Of a stretch of 64,000 bases of DNA, positions 1 through 10,414 are shown one piece after another (the stretch's first letter is position 1; each line of letters opens with the position of its first letter). The notes beneath the pieces were generated by a model that did no database searches, was not told the origin of the DNA, and saw only the letters and a list, made by a program, of their open reading frames with translations. The stretch is taken from positions 16,026 to 80,025 of the IMG/VR virus record IMGVR_UViG_3300033153_015023, one strand, 5' to 3'. This stretch comes from a virus. A program made the translations under genes and the position numbers.

Positions 1-2
1 AT

Positions 3-662
3 TCACAACTTTTAGAGTTAGAACAGGATATGGGTAAAAATGAAGTTTCTCTTAGAGGAATATCTGATAAGGTAGTAGAACTAAAATTAATAGAAAAACA
101 GATAGATGAATTAGATATAGAGTTGTCAAAAAAAGAAGATGAGCTTAAAACAACAACAGAACAGGTTTCTACTTTAGAATTATTACAGAGGCTATTTGGA
201 AAGACAGGTGTATCTTTTTATATTGTCAAGAAAGTAGTGAAGTCTTTCTTAGAAAAGAACTGTAATCAAATATTAGAAAAGCTTTCTCCATATAGAGTAG
301 AGTTTAATTTAAAAACTTCTACAGATAAAAATACTTTGGATATTCTTATTCGTAGAAATGATGGTATGCGGAAGTATGAAACCTTTTCTGGTGGTGAAAA
401 AGAATTATTGAATTTTGCAATTAGAATGTCATTAAGTCAGCTATTAAAGAAAAGAGGGACTGGTGCAGCAATTAAGTTTGTGGTACTTGACGAAATCTTT
501 GGTTATCTTGATAATTACAATAAGGGTGTTTTAGAGAATGTATTAATGATGTTACGAAAAGAGTTTAGTCAACTTTTTGTTATATCGCATATTCCACTTG
601 ATTTATCTTTTGATCAAACAGTTACTATTAAAAAAGTTGGCTCATATAGTATTATAGAATAG
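3..662 (+). CDS. SbcC/Rad50-like ABC ATPase, C-terminal part (5' truncated by window edge)
   Basis: Signature FSGGEK, Walker B VVLDE, D-loop GYLD and ISH switch; frame is open from base 3. Confidence 0.9.
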   Translation, partial: SQLLELEQDMGKNEVSLRGISDKVVELKLIEKQIDELDIELSKKEDELKTTTEQVSTLELLQRLFGKTGVSFYIVKKVVKSFLEKNCNQILEKLSPYRVEFNLKTSTDKNTLDILIRRNDGMRKYETFSGGEKELLNFAIRMSLSQLLKKRGTGAAIKFVVLDEIFGYLDNYNKGVLENVLMMLRKEFSQLFVISHIPLDLSFDQTVTIKKVGSYSIIE

Positions 663-671
663 GGGGTTAGA

Positions 672-1211
672 ATGTTTGTAGGAGATCTTTTTACTGGGGT
701 CCGCTTTGGCGGTAAGCACCACGGTATGTTGGGCGTGTTTGTATTGCTATCTTCACTCGCTGAAGATACTATATCTCCAATAAAGTTAGTTAATCGTGTC
801 AGTAAGTTAGTAATACCAAAGCATCGAAGAGTCTTTGTTGTAGGTAATGTGTCTGCTCAAAGTTCTCATGAGCTTGCTCTGTTTATAGGAGATCTATTAG
901 ATACAAAATGTGAGGTGATAGTTGAGTTGAATGAAAGAGAATCTCTGGGAGGGGTTCATAAAATGCCTTCCTGGGTTATTGTAAAAACAAATGGTGGTAT
1001 GTGGATTTCTGAAAGGGTAGATGAACTAATATGGGTAGTTGATAATATGTCACTTTTAACACAACCAACAGATATTCGACCAGCTTTAAAAATACCTGTG
1101 AGTGTGGTACCTATGAAGACAAAGGATATTCCAGAGTGTTTTAATATCGTAGAAAGCAGGCCAGGTTGGAAAATGTTTTCTGAAAAAACATCTGTATTGA
1201 GAAGACGATAA
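672..1211 (+). CDS. Degenerate QueE-like protein lacking the CxxxCxxC motif
   Basis: By-eye colinear similarity to QueE at 30198 (F..G...G...FV; E.N; W..V; DE; P.W[KR]) with the Cys triad absent. Confidence 0.55.
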   Translation: MFVGDLFTGVRFGGKHHGMLGVFVLLSSLAEDTISPIKLVNRVSKLVIPKHRRVFVVGNVSAQSSHELALFIGDLLDTKCEVIVELNERESLGGVHKMPSWVIVKTNGGMWISERVDELIWVVDNMSLLTQPTDIRPALKIPVSVVPMKTKDIPECFNIVESRPGWKMFSEKTSVLRRR

Positions 1212-1212
1212 A

Positions 1213-2364
1213 ATGATATCTAAAGACCTGCAAAAAATACTTACTAAAAAGTTTGGTACTGGTGTTATTGCAAAAGCTTCAGATGCAAAGGCATTGATTT
1301 ATAAACGTATCCCAACAGGGTCAATGCAATTAGATGCAGCTTTGGGGGGTGGTATTCCATTAGGTAGGATTATAGAATTTGCAGGCCCGGAAACTCATGG
1401 TAAAACAACTGTTCTGTTAAAAATTATAGCAGAAAATCAACAAAAGGGTGCAACCTGCGCTTTTATTGATACAGAAGGATCGTTTGATTCTACCTTTGCA
1501 AAAAAGTTAGGTGTCAATTTAAAAACTTTAGAATTTAATGCCCCTGTTTCCCAGGAAGCAATGATCGATCTGGTAGAAATATTTGTTGCTTCTAGGGAAG
1601 TAACTGTAATAGGAATTGATTCTATAACAGGCCCTGTCCCTACCCATATACAGGGTAGAAGCGCTGCTGATCCTACAATGGGTGTTGAGGCAAAACTAAA
1701 TAATTTGTTTTGTAGGAAAGTTGTAACTGCTATGGCCCCTGGTGATTTAACAAAAAAAGAAAACCAACCCTGGTGTGCAGTTATTTATACTAATCAATTA
1801 CGTGATACAATAGGGAAGCTGCACGGTATCCCAACAGGTGGTGGTGGTTGGGGGTTAAAGTTTTTTAAATCCATCGGTGTAGAATTCAGAAGATTAAATT
1901 GGTTAGGTAAAGATGGGGAATCAATTATAGCTACAAAGGCTGATAAGTGGGGGCAGACGATTTCTTTTGTAGTGAAGAAAAATAAAACTGCTATCCCTCA
2001 TAGTGTAGGTGAGATAGATTTTTATTTTAAAGATACTGCTATTATAAAAGCTGGTGAATATGATCTTTTAAAAGAAGCTATTATAACAGCAACTAAAAAT
2101 AATATAATTAGACAAAGTGGCGCTTATTTTTATATAGGCGAAAATAGTTTTCAAGGGATGGATAATTTTGTTTCCGCTATAAGAACAGATCGAGGGATAG
2201 TTACTTATCTTGAAAAACAATTTGTTGATGAGAAGAAGTTCTGGTATTTTAAACAGGATATAAAAAGATTACCACGGGGATTAGTTGATGAACAAACTAC
2301 CATCATGGGTAGAGAAAGAAAACCACAAAAGGGAAAGTCAAAAGCAGGAAAAAAGGATAGCTAA
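1213..2364 (+). CDS. recA: RecA/UvsX family recombinase
   Basis: IPTGS..LD.ALGGGIP.GRIIE, Walker A GPETHGKTT, AFIDTE, TNQLR, VKKNK. Confidence 0.93.
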   Translation: MISKDLQKILTKKFGTGVIAKASDAKALIYKRIPTGSMQLDAALGGGIPLGRIIEFAGPETHGKTTVLLKIIAENQQKGATCAFIDTEGSFDSTFAKKLGVNLKTLEFNAPVSQEAMIDLVEIFVASREVTVIGIDSITGPVPTHIQGRSAADPTMGVEAKLNNLFCRKVVTAMAPGDLTKKENQPWCAVIYTNQLRDTIGKLHGIPTGGGGWGLKFFKSIGVEFRRLNWLGKDGESIIATKADKWGQTISFVVKKNKTAIPHSVGEIDFYFKDTAIIKAGEYDLLKEAIITATKNNIIRQSGAYFYIGENSFQGMDNFVSAIRTDRGIVTYLEKQFVDEKKFWYFKQDIKRLPRGLVDEQTTIMGRERKPQKGKSKAGKKDS

Positions 2365-2611
2365 AGAGTTTGATGGACATGCTCAGCCTGCTTCAGGTGC
2401 AACCCCTCTTTTTAAAGGTGATGTCAGGAACAAAAATTATCTTATCGAGTGTAAACGGACAGGCCATGCCTCTTATACAATATTCTTAAAAGATTTAAAA
2501 AAGATAGAACGTTTTGCAAAAGACAAAACAAAATTGCCGATGATGATTATTGAGTTTGTTGGGAATAAAGAATATGTTATATTAAGGAAGGAAGATTTTT
2601 TGAATGTATGA
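2285..2611 (+). CDS. Hjc-like PD-(D/E)XK nuclease / Holliday junction resolvase
   Basis: E..IA...SGA...KGDV...IECK pattern directly after recA. Confidence 0.75.
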   Translation: MMNKLPSWVEKENHKRESQKQEKRIAKEFDGHAQPASGATPLFKGDVRNKNYLIECKRTGHASYTIFLKDLKKIERFAKDKTKLPMMIIEFVGNKEYVILRKEDFLNV

Positions 2612-3425
2612 TATTTGTGTAATAGATGCAAAAAACTTTGTCTATAGAATGGATTGGGCTTATAGAGTTCTCAAAGATTCTAAAGATAGATCTACCAGTG
2701 TTTTGTATGGAACCATAAAAGGTCTTTTAAACTTAAAAAAATATTATCCTATAAAACGATTTATGTTTTTATGGGATTCCTTTAACAGTTGGCGTGTTAA
2801 TATCTATCCGGAATATAAAGCAGGTAGAAAAAAAGACTATCAGAATACGTTTACTGATCAAATAGATATTCTAAGAAAAGATATACTTCCATATATTGGT
2901 ATAGATCAATTAGAGGCGAATGGTTATGAAGCTGATGACTTAGCTGCATGGATAGTAAAAAATTGTTGTGGTGATATATTATTAGTTTCTAATGATCATG
3001 ATTGGAAACAACTTTTATGGAATGATTACATTTGGTTATTTGTACCTATTAAAAAAACTGTTCTAGGTAAACATTTAGTTTTAAAAGAAGAGGGTTTGAC
3101 GCCACAACAGCTTCCTTATTATTGGAGTATAATTGGTGATACTTCAGATAATATAAAAGGTATTTATAGATTCCCAAAAAAAGAAGCTAAGTTATTAGTT
3201 TTAAAAACAGATTGTTTTATTAACTTTTCGCCTATTCAATCTAAATGGGAAAAGGTGCTAATAGAAAATATTGATATTGTAGAACGCAATTTAAAATTAA
3301 TTCAATTGAATGGTAAAATAACTAATATTGCATGGACTAGATCTCTTAAAGATAAAAAGGTTTTTCAAGAAATTTGTAATGAATATGGTATTGTATCCCT
3401 GGTTGTAAAATTTGGGTTTTTATAA
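2604..3425 (+). CDS. 5'-3' exonuclease / flap endonuclease (PIN fold with H3TH)
   Basis: IDAKN, YPEYKAGR, YEADD, SNDHDWKQL, IIGDTSDNIKG. Confidence 0.92.
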   Translation: MYDICVIDAKNFVYRMDWAYRVLKDSKDRSTSVLYGTIKGLLNLKKYYPIKRFMFLWDSFNSWRVNIYPEYKAGRKKDYQNTFTDQIDILRKDILPYIGIDQLEANGYEADDLAAWIVKNCCGDILLVSNDHDWKQLLWNDYIWLFVPIKKTVLGKHLVLKEEGLTPQQLPYYWSIIGDTSDNIKGIYRFPKKEAKLLVLKTDCFINFSPIQSKWEKVLIENIDIVERNLKLIQLNGKITNIAWTRSLKDKKVFQEICNEYGIVSLVVKFGFL

Positions 3426-3988
3426 TGCTGTGGTTTATTATAACTTTACCAGCAAAACTTGCAGAATACCATCTTGAAAAAGCAATTAGACGGGGGTTAT
3501 TGAACAGTCATTTTATTAGAAAAGATATAATTATCTATATTCCAGTACTTACACAGATAACAAATGGACATACAACCAGCATATCTTTATATGAAGGTTA
3601 TGCGTTTTTAGGTCTGCCTGATAAAGAAGACGTCTTTCAATTTTTTGAAGGTTTTGAAGACAGATATAACTTTTTGACGGTGCTACGAAAGGTTGTTACT
3701 GAAAAAAATCATGTTGGGAAATCTGTTGATAATAAAATACCTGCAATAATCTCTCGAAGTATTATAACTGATGCAAAGCGCAGATGTAGTACATCACGAA
3801 GGGAATCAGATAAATCTTATCGATTTAAAATTAAGGATAGAGTCCATATTACAAAAGGTGTGTTTGAAGGATTTGAAGGAACTATAAAACAAATAAGTTC
3901 TTTAGGGACAGAAGTGTTTGTCGATATTTTCTTTTTAGGTGCGACTACATCAATTCGTACGGATAAAGAAGATCTTGAAAAAATATAG
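3425..3988 (+). CDS. NusG-family transcription factor (NGN + KOW)
   Basis: N-terminal WFII, IYIP, LYEGYAF; C-terminal KOW DRVHITKGVFEGFEGTI and VDIFFLG. Confidence 0.8.
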   Translation: MLWFIITLPAKLAEYHLEKAIRRGLLNSHFIRKDIIIYIPVLTQITNGHTTSISLYEGYAFLGLPDKEDVFQFFEGFEDRYNFLTVLRKVVTEKNHVGKSVDNKIPAIISRSIITDAKRRCSTSRRESDKSYRFKIKDRVHITKGVFEGFEGTIKQISSLGTEVFVDIFFLGATTSIRTDKEDLEKI

Positions 3989-3997
3989 GAGCCGTTT

Positions 3998-6424
3998 ATG
4001 TCATCAAAGAAACTTAGTAAAACAGCAGAAGTAATTTTAAAAGAAAGATATTATAATCCAGGAGAGGATTGGCAGAGGTTATGCAGGCGAGTTGCAAAGT
4101 ATATAGATATAGATGGAAAATATGAAGATCAGTTTTTTGAGATGATGTATGAATTGGATTTTTTACCTAATTCACCGACATTGATGAATGCAGGAACTGA
4201 GTTGAAGAATCTGAGCGCATGTTTTATATTACCTATTCCAGATTATATGGATGGTATTTTTAATACTCTTAAAGTCGCTGCTTTGATTCAAGCATCTGGC
4301 GGAGGAACTGGATTTGATTTAAGTGACTTGCGACCGAAAGGATCTCGAGTTAGTAGTACAGGTGGGGTTACTTCTGGTCCCATTAGTTTTTTAAGAGTTT
4401 ATGATTCTGCATCAAATGTGATTAAACAAGGAGGAAAACGGCGTGCCGCGAATATGGCTATTATGAGATGTGATCACTTAGATATAAAGGAATTTATACG
4501 ATGTAAAGCTGCGGAAGATAAAATTACGAATTTCAACGTTTCTGTGGCTGCTACAGATGATTTTATGAGAGCATGTGAAGAGGATACAGATTGGAAGCTT
4601 GATTTTAACACTCATAATTTAGAGCCTATTACTCTTCCTGCAAATGAATTAATGGATATGATTATCAATGGTGCGTGGAAGAATGGAGAACCTGGATTGT
4701 TTTTTATCGATACTGCTAATCGTTTATCTTCTATCGATGAGCGTATTGTTGCTACAAATCCGTGTATTGCTGGAGAGAGTCGTGTTGAGATTGTAGGAGA
4801 TCGATTAAAATATCCGGAAGGTGTTCCGATCAAGAGTCTTGTAGGAAAGTCCGGTTTTTACGTACACAGCTATTGCAATAAAAGAAAGCGACTTGTATTA
4901 GGAAAGGTATCTCGCGTATGGAAGACCGGCAGAAAAAAAGTCTATAGAGTCACATATCAGTGGAAGGGTGGTAAGGGAAGAAAGGTACTAAAGGTAGGTT
5001 CTATTTGTGTTACAGCAGATCATGAATTTATGATGAGAGGTGGTCGTTCGAATGCTCACTCTCGGTTTATCGACGGAGAGTATGTTGCTGCTAAAGACTT
5101 AAGAGCGGGAGATGCTTTGATGCCATTAAACCATAAAGTTGTGTCTGTAGAGGAAGTCGGCTATAGAGATGTGTATGATATGGAAGTTGAAAAATATCAT
5201 AATTTTGCTGTTGAAGGTATAATAGTTCACAATTGTGGGGAAATTCCACTCCCACCGTATGGAAGTTGCAATCTAGGTTCAATTAATCTTTCTCAGTGTG
5301 TTGATGATGAGAGTGTAGCCTGGGATAAATTGAGCCAATTAATACATCTTGGAATTCGATTTTTAGATGATGTAGTTGAGCGGAATGAATATATAATTCC
5401 GGAAATTGGCGATTCTGCAAAAAAATATCGTTCTCTCGGTTTAGGTATAATGGGTTGGGCAGATATGCTTTTAAAGATGCAGATTAGATATGGTAGTGAT
5501 AAGAGTTTAGATCTTGCTCGACGGATTGGTTCCTTTGTGAAAAAGGAGGCTAAAAAGGAGAGCTGGCGACTCTGTAAAAAAAGAGGAGAGAACAGCGAAG
5601 GTAAAGATCGGAGAAATGCAATGCTAACATCTATAGCTCCTACCGGAACGATTTCTATGTTAGCTGGATGTAGTTCTGGAATTGAACCGAACTTTGCATG
5701 GACGTGGCAATCAAATAGAATGGATAGAGTATTTGAACATTTTCATCCTTTAGCACAAAAATATTTAAAACAAGGAAAAGAGCTGCCGGATTATTTTGTA
5801 ACTGCATTTGACGTATCTCCGAGCGATCACGTTCGAATGCAGGCTGTGTGGCAGGAAAACATTGATCATTCTATTTCGAAGACGATTAACTTGCCTAATG
5901 ATGCTACGAGAGGAGATATTAGAAATGTATTCTTTCAGGCGTGGAAACTTGGTTGCAAAGGAATTACTGTTTATAGAGATGGTAGTAGGAGAGAGCAAGT
6001 TTTGGTTTCAAAAACAAAGACGGATATTGTCGGAGTTGAGAAAGTGGCTCCAATAAAGAGACCAGAGAAACTGTATGGAACTACAATAAAACAGCAGACG
6101 AAAAGCGGTACTGTGTATACGACAGTGAATTTTATAAGTGACGCTCCGGTGGAAGTGTTTCTCAATACAGAGACTCGTCCGACAATTGATGGTTTAGGAA
6201 GATTGATTTCTCTTTCGTTGAGAAGCAATATCTCTGCGGAGGAAGTTATTGAGCAATTAAAGCAGAGTGGTGGAGTTGTTGAAGTTGCTGTTGCAAATGC
6301 AATTGATACATCTATTACAATAGAGAAGGATGAGCCGTGTCCGAATTGTGGTGTTAATTTAGTTCGCCGTAACGGTTGTAGAGAGTGTCTTTCGTGCGGA
6401 TGGTCTGCATGTACAATATCATAG
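3998..6424 (+). CDS. nrdJ: Class II (B12-dependent) ribonucleotide reductase with intein and C-terminal zinc ribbon
   Basis: FLPNSPTLMNAG, LSACF, GGGTG, RRAANM, NP^CGE, CNLGSINL, IAPTGT, SISKTIN, KGITVYRDGSR; ends CPNC..CLSC. Confidence 0.93.
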   Translation: MSSKKLSKTAEVILKERYYNPGEDWQRLCRRVAKYIDIDGKYEDQFFEMMYELDFLPNSPTLMNAGTELKNLSACFILPIPDYMDGIFNTLKVAALIQASGGGTGFDLSDLRPKGSRVSSTGGVTSGPISFLRVYDSASNVIKQGGKRRAANMAIMRCDHLDIKEFIRCKAAEDKITNFNVSVAATDDFMRACEEDTDWKLDFNTHNLEPITLPANELMDMIINGAWKNGEPGLFFIDTANRLSSIDERIVATNPCIAGESRVEIVGDRLKYPEGVPIKSLVGKSGFYVHSYCNKRKRLVLGKVSRVWKTGRKKVYRVTYQWKGGKGRKVLKVGSICVTADHEFMMRGGRSNAHSRFIDGEYVAAKDLRAGDALMPLNHKVVSVEEVGYRDVYDMEVEKYHNFAVEGIIVHNCGEIPLPPYGSCNLGSINLSQCVDDESVAWDKLSQLIHLGIRFLDDVVERNEYIIPEIGDSAKKYRSLGLGIMGWADMLLKMQIRYGSDKSLDLARRIGSFVKKEAKKESWRLCKKRGENSEGKDRRNAMLTSIAPTGTISMLAGCSSGIEPNFAWTWQSNRMDRVFEHFHPLAQKYLKQGKELPDYFVTAFDVSPSDHVRMQAVWQENIDHSISKTINLPNDATRGDIRNVFFQAWKLGCKGITVYRDGSRREQVLVSKTKTDIVGVEKVAPIKRPEKLYGTTIKQQTKSGTVYTTVNFISDAPVEVFLNTETRPTIDGLGRLISLSLRSNISAEEVIEQLKQSGGVVEVAVANAIDTSITIEKDEPCPNCGVNLVRRNGCRECLSCGWSACTIS
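4763..5233 (+). mobile_element. 157-aa mini-intein in NrdJ (no homing endonuclease)
   Basis: Starts CIAGESRV, block B VTADHEF, block F VYDMEV, ends IVHN before Cys+1; splits NP/CGE. Confidence 0.92.
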
Positions 6425-6942
6425 TCGGTTTAGATTTATCTCTTACTCATACTGGTGTAGGTATTATCTTTAATGGTAAGAGGGGTTATTTTAGTCTTAT
6501 CCCAAAAAAGCTTTCTGCTGTTAAAAGATTAGCTTGGATTGAGACTCAACTAAAGTTGTTTATTGATTCTACATCGATTTGTTGTGCTGTGATTGAGGGT
6601 TATAGTTTTGGTAGTGTGGGAAGAGCTATTTTTAATATTGGTGAGTTAGGTGGTGTTGTTCAGTTATTATTATATAAACATAATATCCGTACTATAATTA
6701 TTCCCCCAGCAATTGTTAAAAAGTTTTGTTGTGGGAAAGGCAACGCTTCTAAAGATATTATGATAGAAGCTTATAACTTATCCCACAATACAAATTTTAC
6801 GTTAAAAGATAATAACGAAGTGGACGCTCTTTTATTAGCAGAAATACTGTATTCTTATTTCTATAGATATAATGTATTCTTATTTAACTATCAGGAAGAT
6901 ATTATAAATTCTTTGGGGAAAACATGCGAGGTATTATATTAG
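6409..6942 (+). CDS. RuvC-like Holliday junction resolvase
   Basis: VGLDLSLTHTG, IEGYSFG, GELGG, KKFCCGKGNASK, DALLLA; ATG 6409 preferred. Confidence 0.85.
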   Translation: MYNIIVGLDLSLTHTGVGIIFNGKRGYFSLIPKKLSAVKRLAWIETQLKLFIDSTSICCAVIEGYSFGSVGRAIFNIGELGGVVQLLLYKHNIRTIIIPPAIVKKFCCGKGNASKDIMIEAYNLSHNTNFTLKDNNEVDALLLAEILYSYFYRYNVFLFNYQEDIINSLGKTCEVLY

Positions 6943-7541
6943 TAGATGATATTGATAAGCTTGCATACAAGCCTGCTTTTCCACATCAACTCGCAAAAGA
7001 TCGTTGTCGAGAGGATAGACGTAAAAGATTGATGCTGAAAAAAATAAATGTGATTGCCGGCAAGTTCCTTCTTTTTCGAGAAAGAGAGATGTTAGAGATC
7101 TATATGTATCACAATCATCGAGTAAGAGATCTTAGGCCGTTTGTCCATTCGAAAACCCGATATTTAGTTTTATCGAAGATGCATCATATACTATATCTGC
7201 TTCAGCAATATCTTAAGTTTTTTTTCGAATACGATTATAAAGAAATCGATCAAGTTGCGAGAGAAGTATTGCTTCCAAAACAGTATATCTTTCTTTGTGA
7301 TTATTTACGTTTGCATTCTTATCGTAGATGTAGTTTGTTGTATAGTATTTCTATTCAAGCGGTTTATTGTCGATTGCGGTATATTAAAGATCGGTTGCAA
7401 GGAAAATTATTTGTGGATAAAAAAGATATTGAGTTAAAAAAGGTTCGTAAAAATATAGAACGGGCAAGATATGTCCTGGAAGTAACAAAGCCTTTGGTAG
7501 AATTAATTACAACCTTACAAAGATATAGAGCAAAATTATGA
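6924..7541 (+). CDS. Basic protein with possible sigma region-4-like HTH
   Basis: LLPKQYIFL..Y....SYRRCSLLYSISIQAVYCRL resembles a sigma-4 HTH; weak. Confidence 0.35.
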   Translation: MRGIILVDDIDKLAYKPAFPHQLAKDRCREDRRKRLMLKKINVIAGKFLLFREREMLEIYMYHNHRVRDLRPFVHSKTRYLVLSKMHHILYLLQQYLKFFFEYDYKEIDQVAREVLLPKQYIFLCDYLRLHSYRRCSLLYSISIQAVYCRLRYIKDRLQGKLFVDKKDIELKKVRKNIERARYVLEVTKPLVELITTLQRYRAKL

Positions 7542-7897
7542 CCATTGTATTTGATTGGAGTGTGTTGTGTATTCCTTCAAAGAAAACACGCTTCGGGTAT
7601 CCTAGAAGATTCTCACGCAGCCTTGTAAAGTGGTTGATAAGACATGGTTGGAGAGTTTGTGTTATAAGCCCATTCTGGTTAGAAAGATTTCCTACAATGG
7701 AATTAGCAAGGCATTTTTTACGATTGAAATTTCCTTTTGTTGAAATAGTTCGTTTTAAATCACGTCCTGAATTTTCTATAATTGTTTCTTTTGATCAATT
7801 TATACAGAAAAAAAGATTTTTCTTTCTAAGATTATTTTTAAATTTACGTAAACTAACTAAGAGAAAACATCGTATTACTGTATGGAAGAAAAGATGA
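7538..7897 (+). CDS. Hypothetical protein, possibly degenerate HAD-like
   Basis: TIVFDWS resembles HAD motif I without the second Asp. Confidence 0.3.
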   Translation: MTIVFDWSVLCIPSKKTRFGYPRRFSRSLVKWLIRHGWRVCVISPFWLERFPTMELARHFLRLKFPFVEIVRFKSRPEFSIIVSFDQFIQKKRFFFLRLFLNLRKLTKRKHRITVWKKR

Positions 7898-8045
7898 AAA
7901 AAGAAAATGAAGTTGAGAAAGAAACTTATGCTCCATTTTGGGCTTTTGGTCATAAATTTATTGGGTATTATTATCAAACAAAAGAAGGAAAACAATTTAC
8001 TTGTATTGCTGCGGATATAACTATAGCAAGATGGAAAAGAGATAA

Positions 8046-9659
8046 ATGGTTAAAAAAATGATTTGTGAAAGTTATGAACCATATACTGGTTTTTATGATT
8101 TACGTACATTCATATTGCCTAAAAGAGTGTTTATAAAATTATGGATAGGACAGGATATGCTGGCGCATATGCGGGATAGGGCTGAATACTATAAACGTTG
8201 GCATCCTAGCCAATGGCAAAAGGCAAAAGAAATGTGTGGTCAATATCAACAAATATTATTTCAATATAGGAGAAAGGAAAAATGAGTAGAATAGAAAAGG
8301 ATATGTGTGATAGTTGTGGTAGAATAACATCAGATAGATATGCTGAGACAGGATGGATACACTTTGCTGTTAATGGTGGGCTTACTATTACAGTATCGGA
8401 AGGGCGTGATAAAAAAGATCAAGCAATAACTATTTTTCATAAATTAAGTGATGATCTTGATTTCTGTTCTTTAGCATGTTTTAGTGAATGGATTAAAGAG
8501 GAGAAAAGCTAATGCGTTTAACAGGTTTTTATTTAACAGATGAACAAATAAAAGAACGTGTAGAATGTTTTCGATATATTAGGGATGAAAAGAAGAATCC
8601 TATCGGGATTGTCGTTTTAGACAAACATGGTAGAATAGGCTGGAGTCTATACAACGATGTAGCGGAGAGAAGAGCTGCTGAGGAGAATGGATGTATACAG
8701 GAGATGGCTACTACAGATAAAGGATTGTTGATTGCTTTAAATAGAGCATCGGATGTTGCTGATCCAGAAACTGATATTCGTACCAGAATTGCGCAGGCTC
8801 ATGAATATCGTATTGTAACAAGGTTGCTTGCAACACATATAGTTATCAAGGAAATGATTAAGCTAAGATATATCTGGAAAAGTGTTCCGAAGGAGTAAAA
8901 ATATGGATACAGATAATAGATTGTGTATTAATTGTAGATATGTAAAAAGACTAGATAGTGTTGTTGGTAGATGTTTGGCAGTGAAAGGACGTGTATTTGC
9001 GTTTTGTAAACTCAAAGAACCGGGTCATGTTTGTGAAGATTTTAAATTGGCTAAAGAAGTAAAAACATGATCGAATTAATTTTATTGGTTGTGGGATGGG
9101 TTGCAATTATCTGGATGATAATAGGGATAGTTAAGATTTTTATAAATAGGAAACAAGGAGGCAAAATGCCATGACAGAAGAGACAAGAGTTCGTTTGGGA
9201 GCGAAACAAAGTGCAAAAGGCGGGATTCAGCTTGACATTACCGCAGAAGCTTCTACAGTAGAAAAGGCTGGGGAATTACTTGGTGAAGCGTTGGATACGT
9301 TAAAAGTGAAACTCCAGGAAAAAGGCTTTGAGTTAGTCAAAGCAGGGTAAAATTATATAAGGGGGTGGATGATCTTATAATTATTTATCCCCTTGCCCTA
9401 AATATATAAGGAGAAAATAAAAGTGGCAGGGTATGAAGATATTACAACAGAAAAAATTGATGCAAGTAAGATTACTGCTGAGAGATATGATCCTAAAACT
9501 TTTGAGCAATTGGATACTACTTATATAGGTCCGAAAAGAGATAAAGAATTACATAGAAAAATCTTAGAAGCGGAATTTCTTAAAGAGAAGATAAAGAAAA
9601 AAGTAGTCAAAGAAAAAAACTGGCTATGGAAGATATTAAACCAATCTACGGAAAAGTAG
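8046..9659 (+). CDS. Run of small hypothetical phage genes (8046-8285, 8282-8512, 8512-8898, 9171-9349, 9423-9659)
   Basis: Tightly packed ORFs with purine-rich RBSs; no recognisable motifs. Confidence 0.6.
9359..9394 (+). other. Intergenic 15-bp hairpin (processing or pause site)
   Basis: AAGGGGGTGGATGAT pairs with ATTATTTATCCCCTT using G-U pairs on the + strand; no U-tract. Confidence 0.45.
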
Positions 9660-9681
9660 TAAATTACGTGGGGAGGGCAAA

Positions 9682-10320
9682 ATGAAAATAGATTTTGTTA
9701 TAATAGTTATTTCTATATTAGTTTTATTTGGAATAGGTGTGAGGATGCAGAGTGAGGCTGAGATACAGGATATTTATAAATCGAGTCAACATACTATAAC
9801 TATGCAACAAATTGAGATCACTGCTCTTACTAGATCAATTAAATATTTGGAGACTAAAAGGAAAATTGTATATCCATATCTTTGCCCGATTCATGTAGAT
9901 GATTATAAACGGTTATCTTCTCCTTTTGGATTGCGAAAAGTACCATCTGGAATATATACAGGTGGTTCATTGACACGGGAACATTTGGGAATTGATTTGG
10001 TGGGTACTAAATGGGCACGTGTTGTGCCTGTAGCTGCTGGAAAAGTACTTGAAAAATGGTATGTACCAGATGGTAAGCAGCGGGTAGGACATCCGTTGAT
10101 GGGGGGATATGTTAAAATCAAACATAATGATGGATATATTTCAGGTTATGGGCATCTTTCGGCTATCTACGTTAAGGAAGGTGATACTATAAAGATTGGT
10201 GACATATTGGGTCGTGTAGGTTCCACGGGGGACAGTACTGGTCCGCACCTACATTTTAGTTTACAAGATCAAACAGGTAAATATCTTCAACCATTAAATT
10301 ATATCGACATAGAGGATTAG
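9682..10320 (+). CDS. M23 family metallopeptidase with N-terminal membrane anchor
   Basis: SSPFGLR, HLGIDL, YGHLS, GSTGDSTGPHLHF; hydrophobic N-terminus and coiled coil. Confidence 0.92.
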   Translation: MKIDFVIIVISILVLFGIGVRMQSEAEIQDIYKSSQHTITMQQIEITALTRSIKYLETKRKIVYPYLCPIHVDDYKRLSSPFGLRKVPSGIYTGGSLTREHLGIDLVGTKWARVVPVAAGKVLEKWYVPDGKQRVGHPLMGGYVKIKHNDGYISGYGHLSAIYVKEGDTIKIGDILGRVGSTGDSTGPHLHFSLQDQTGKYLQPLNYIDIED

Positions 10321-10329
10321 GAAAAATAA

Positions 10330-10414
10330 ATGATTTCATATAAATTATGCAAAACGTAGAAAAATACGCTGGTTATGTGTCAAGTGTCATGGTAAGTTAA
10401 GGAAGAAAAAATAA
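10330..10414 (+). pseudogene. Remnant of an HNH-type nuclease C-terminus
   Basis: Reads NYAKRRKIRWLCVKCHGK, out of frame with the upstream ATG. Confidence 0.45.
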
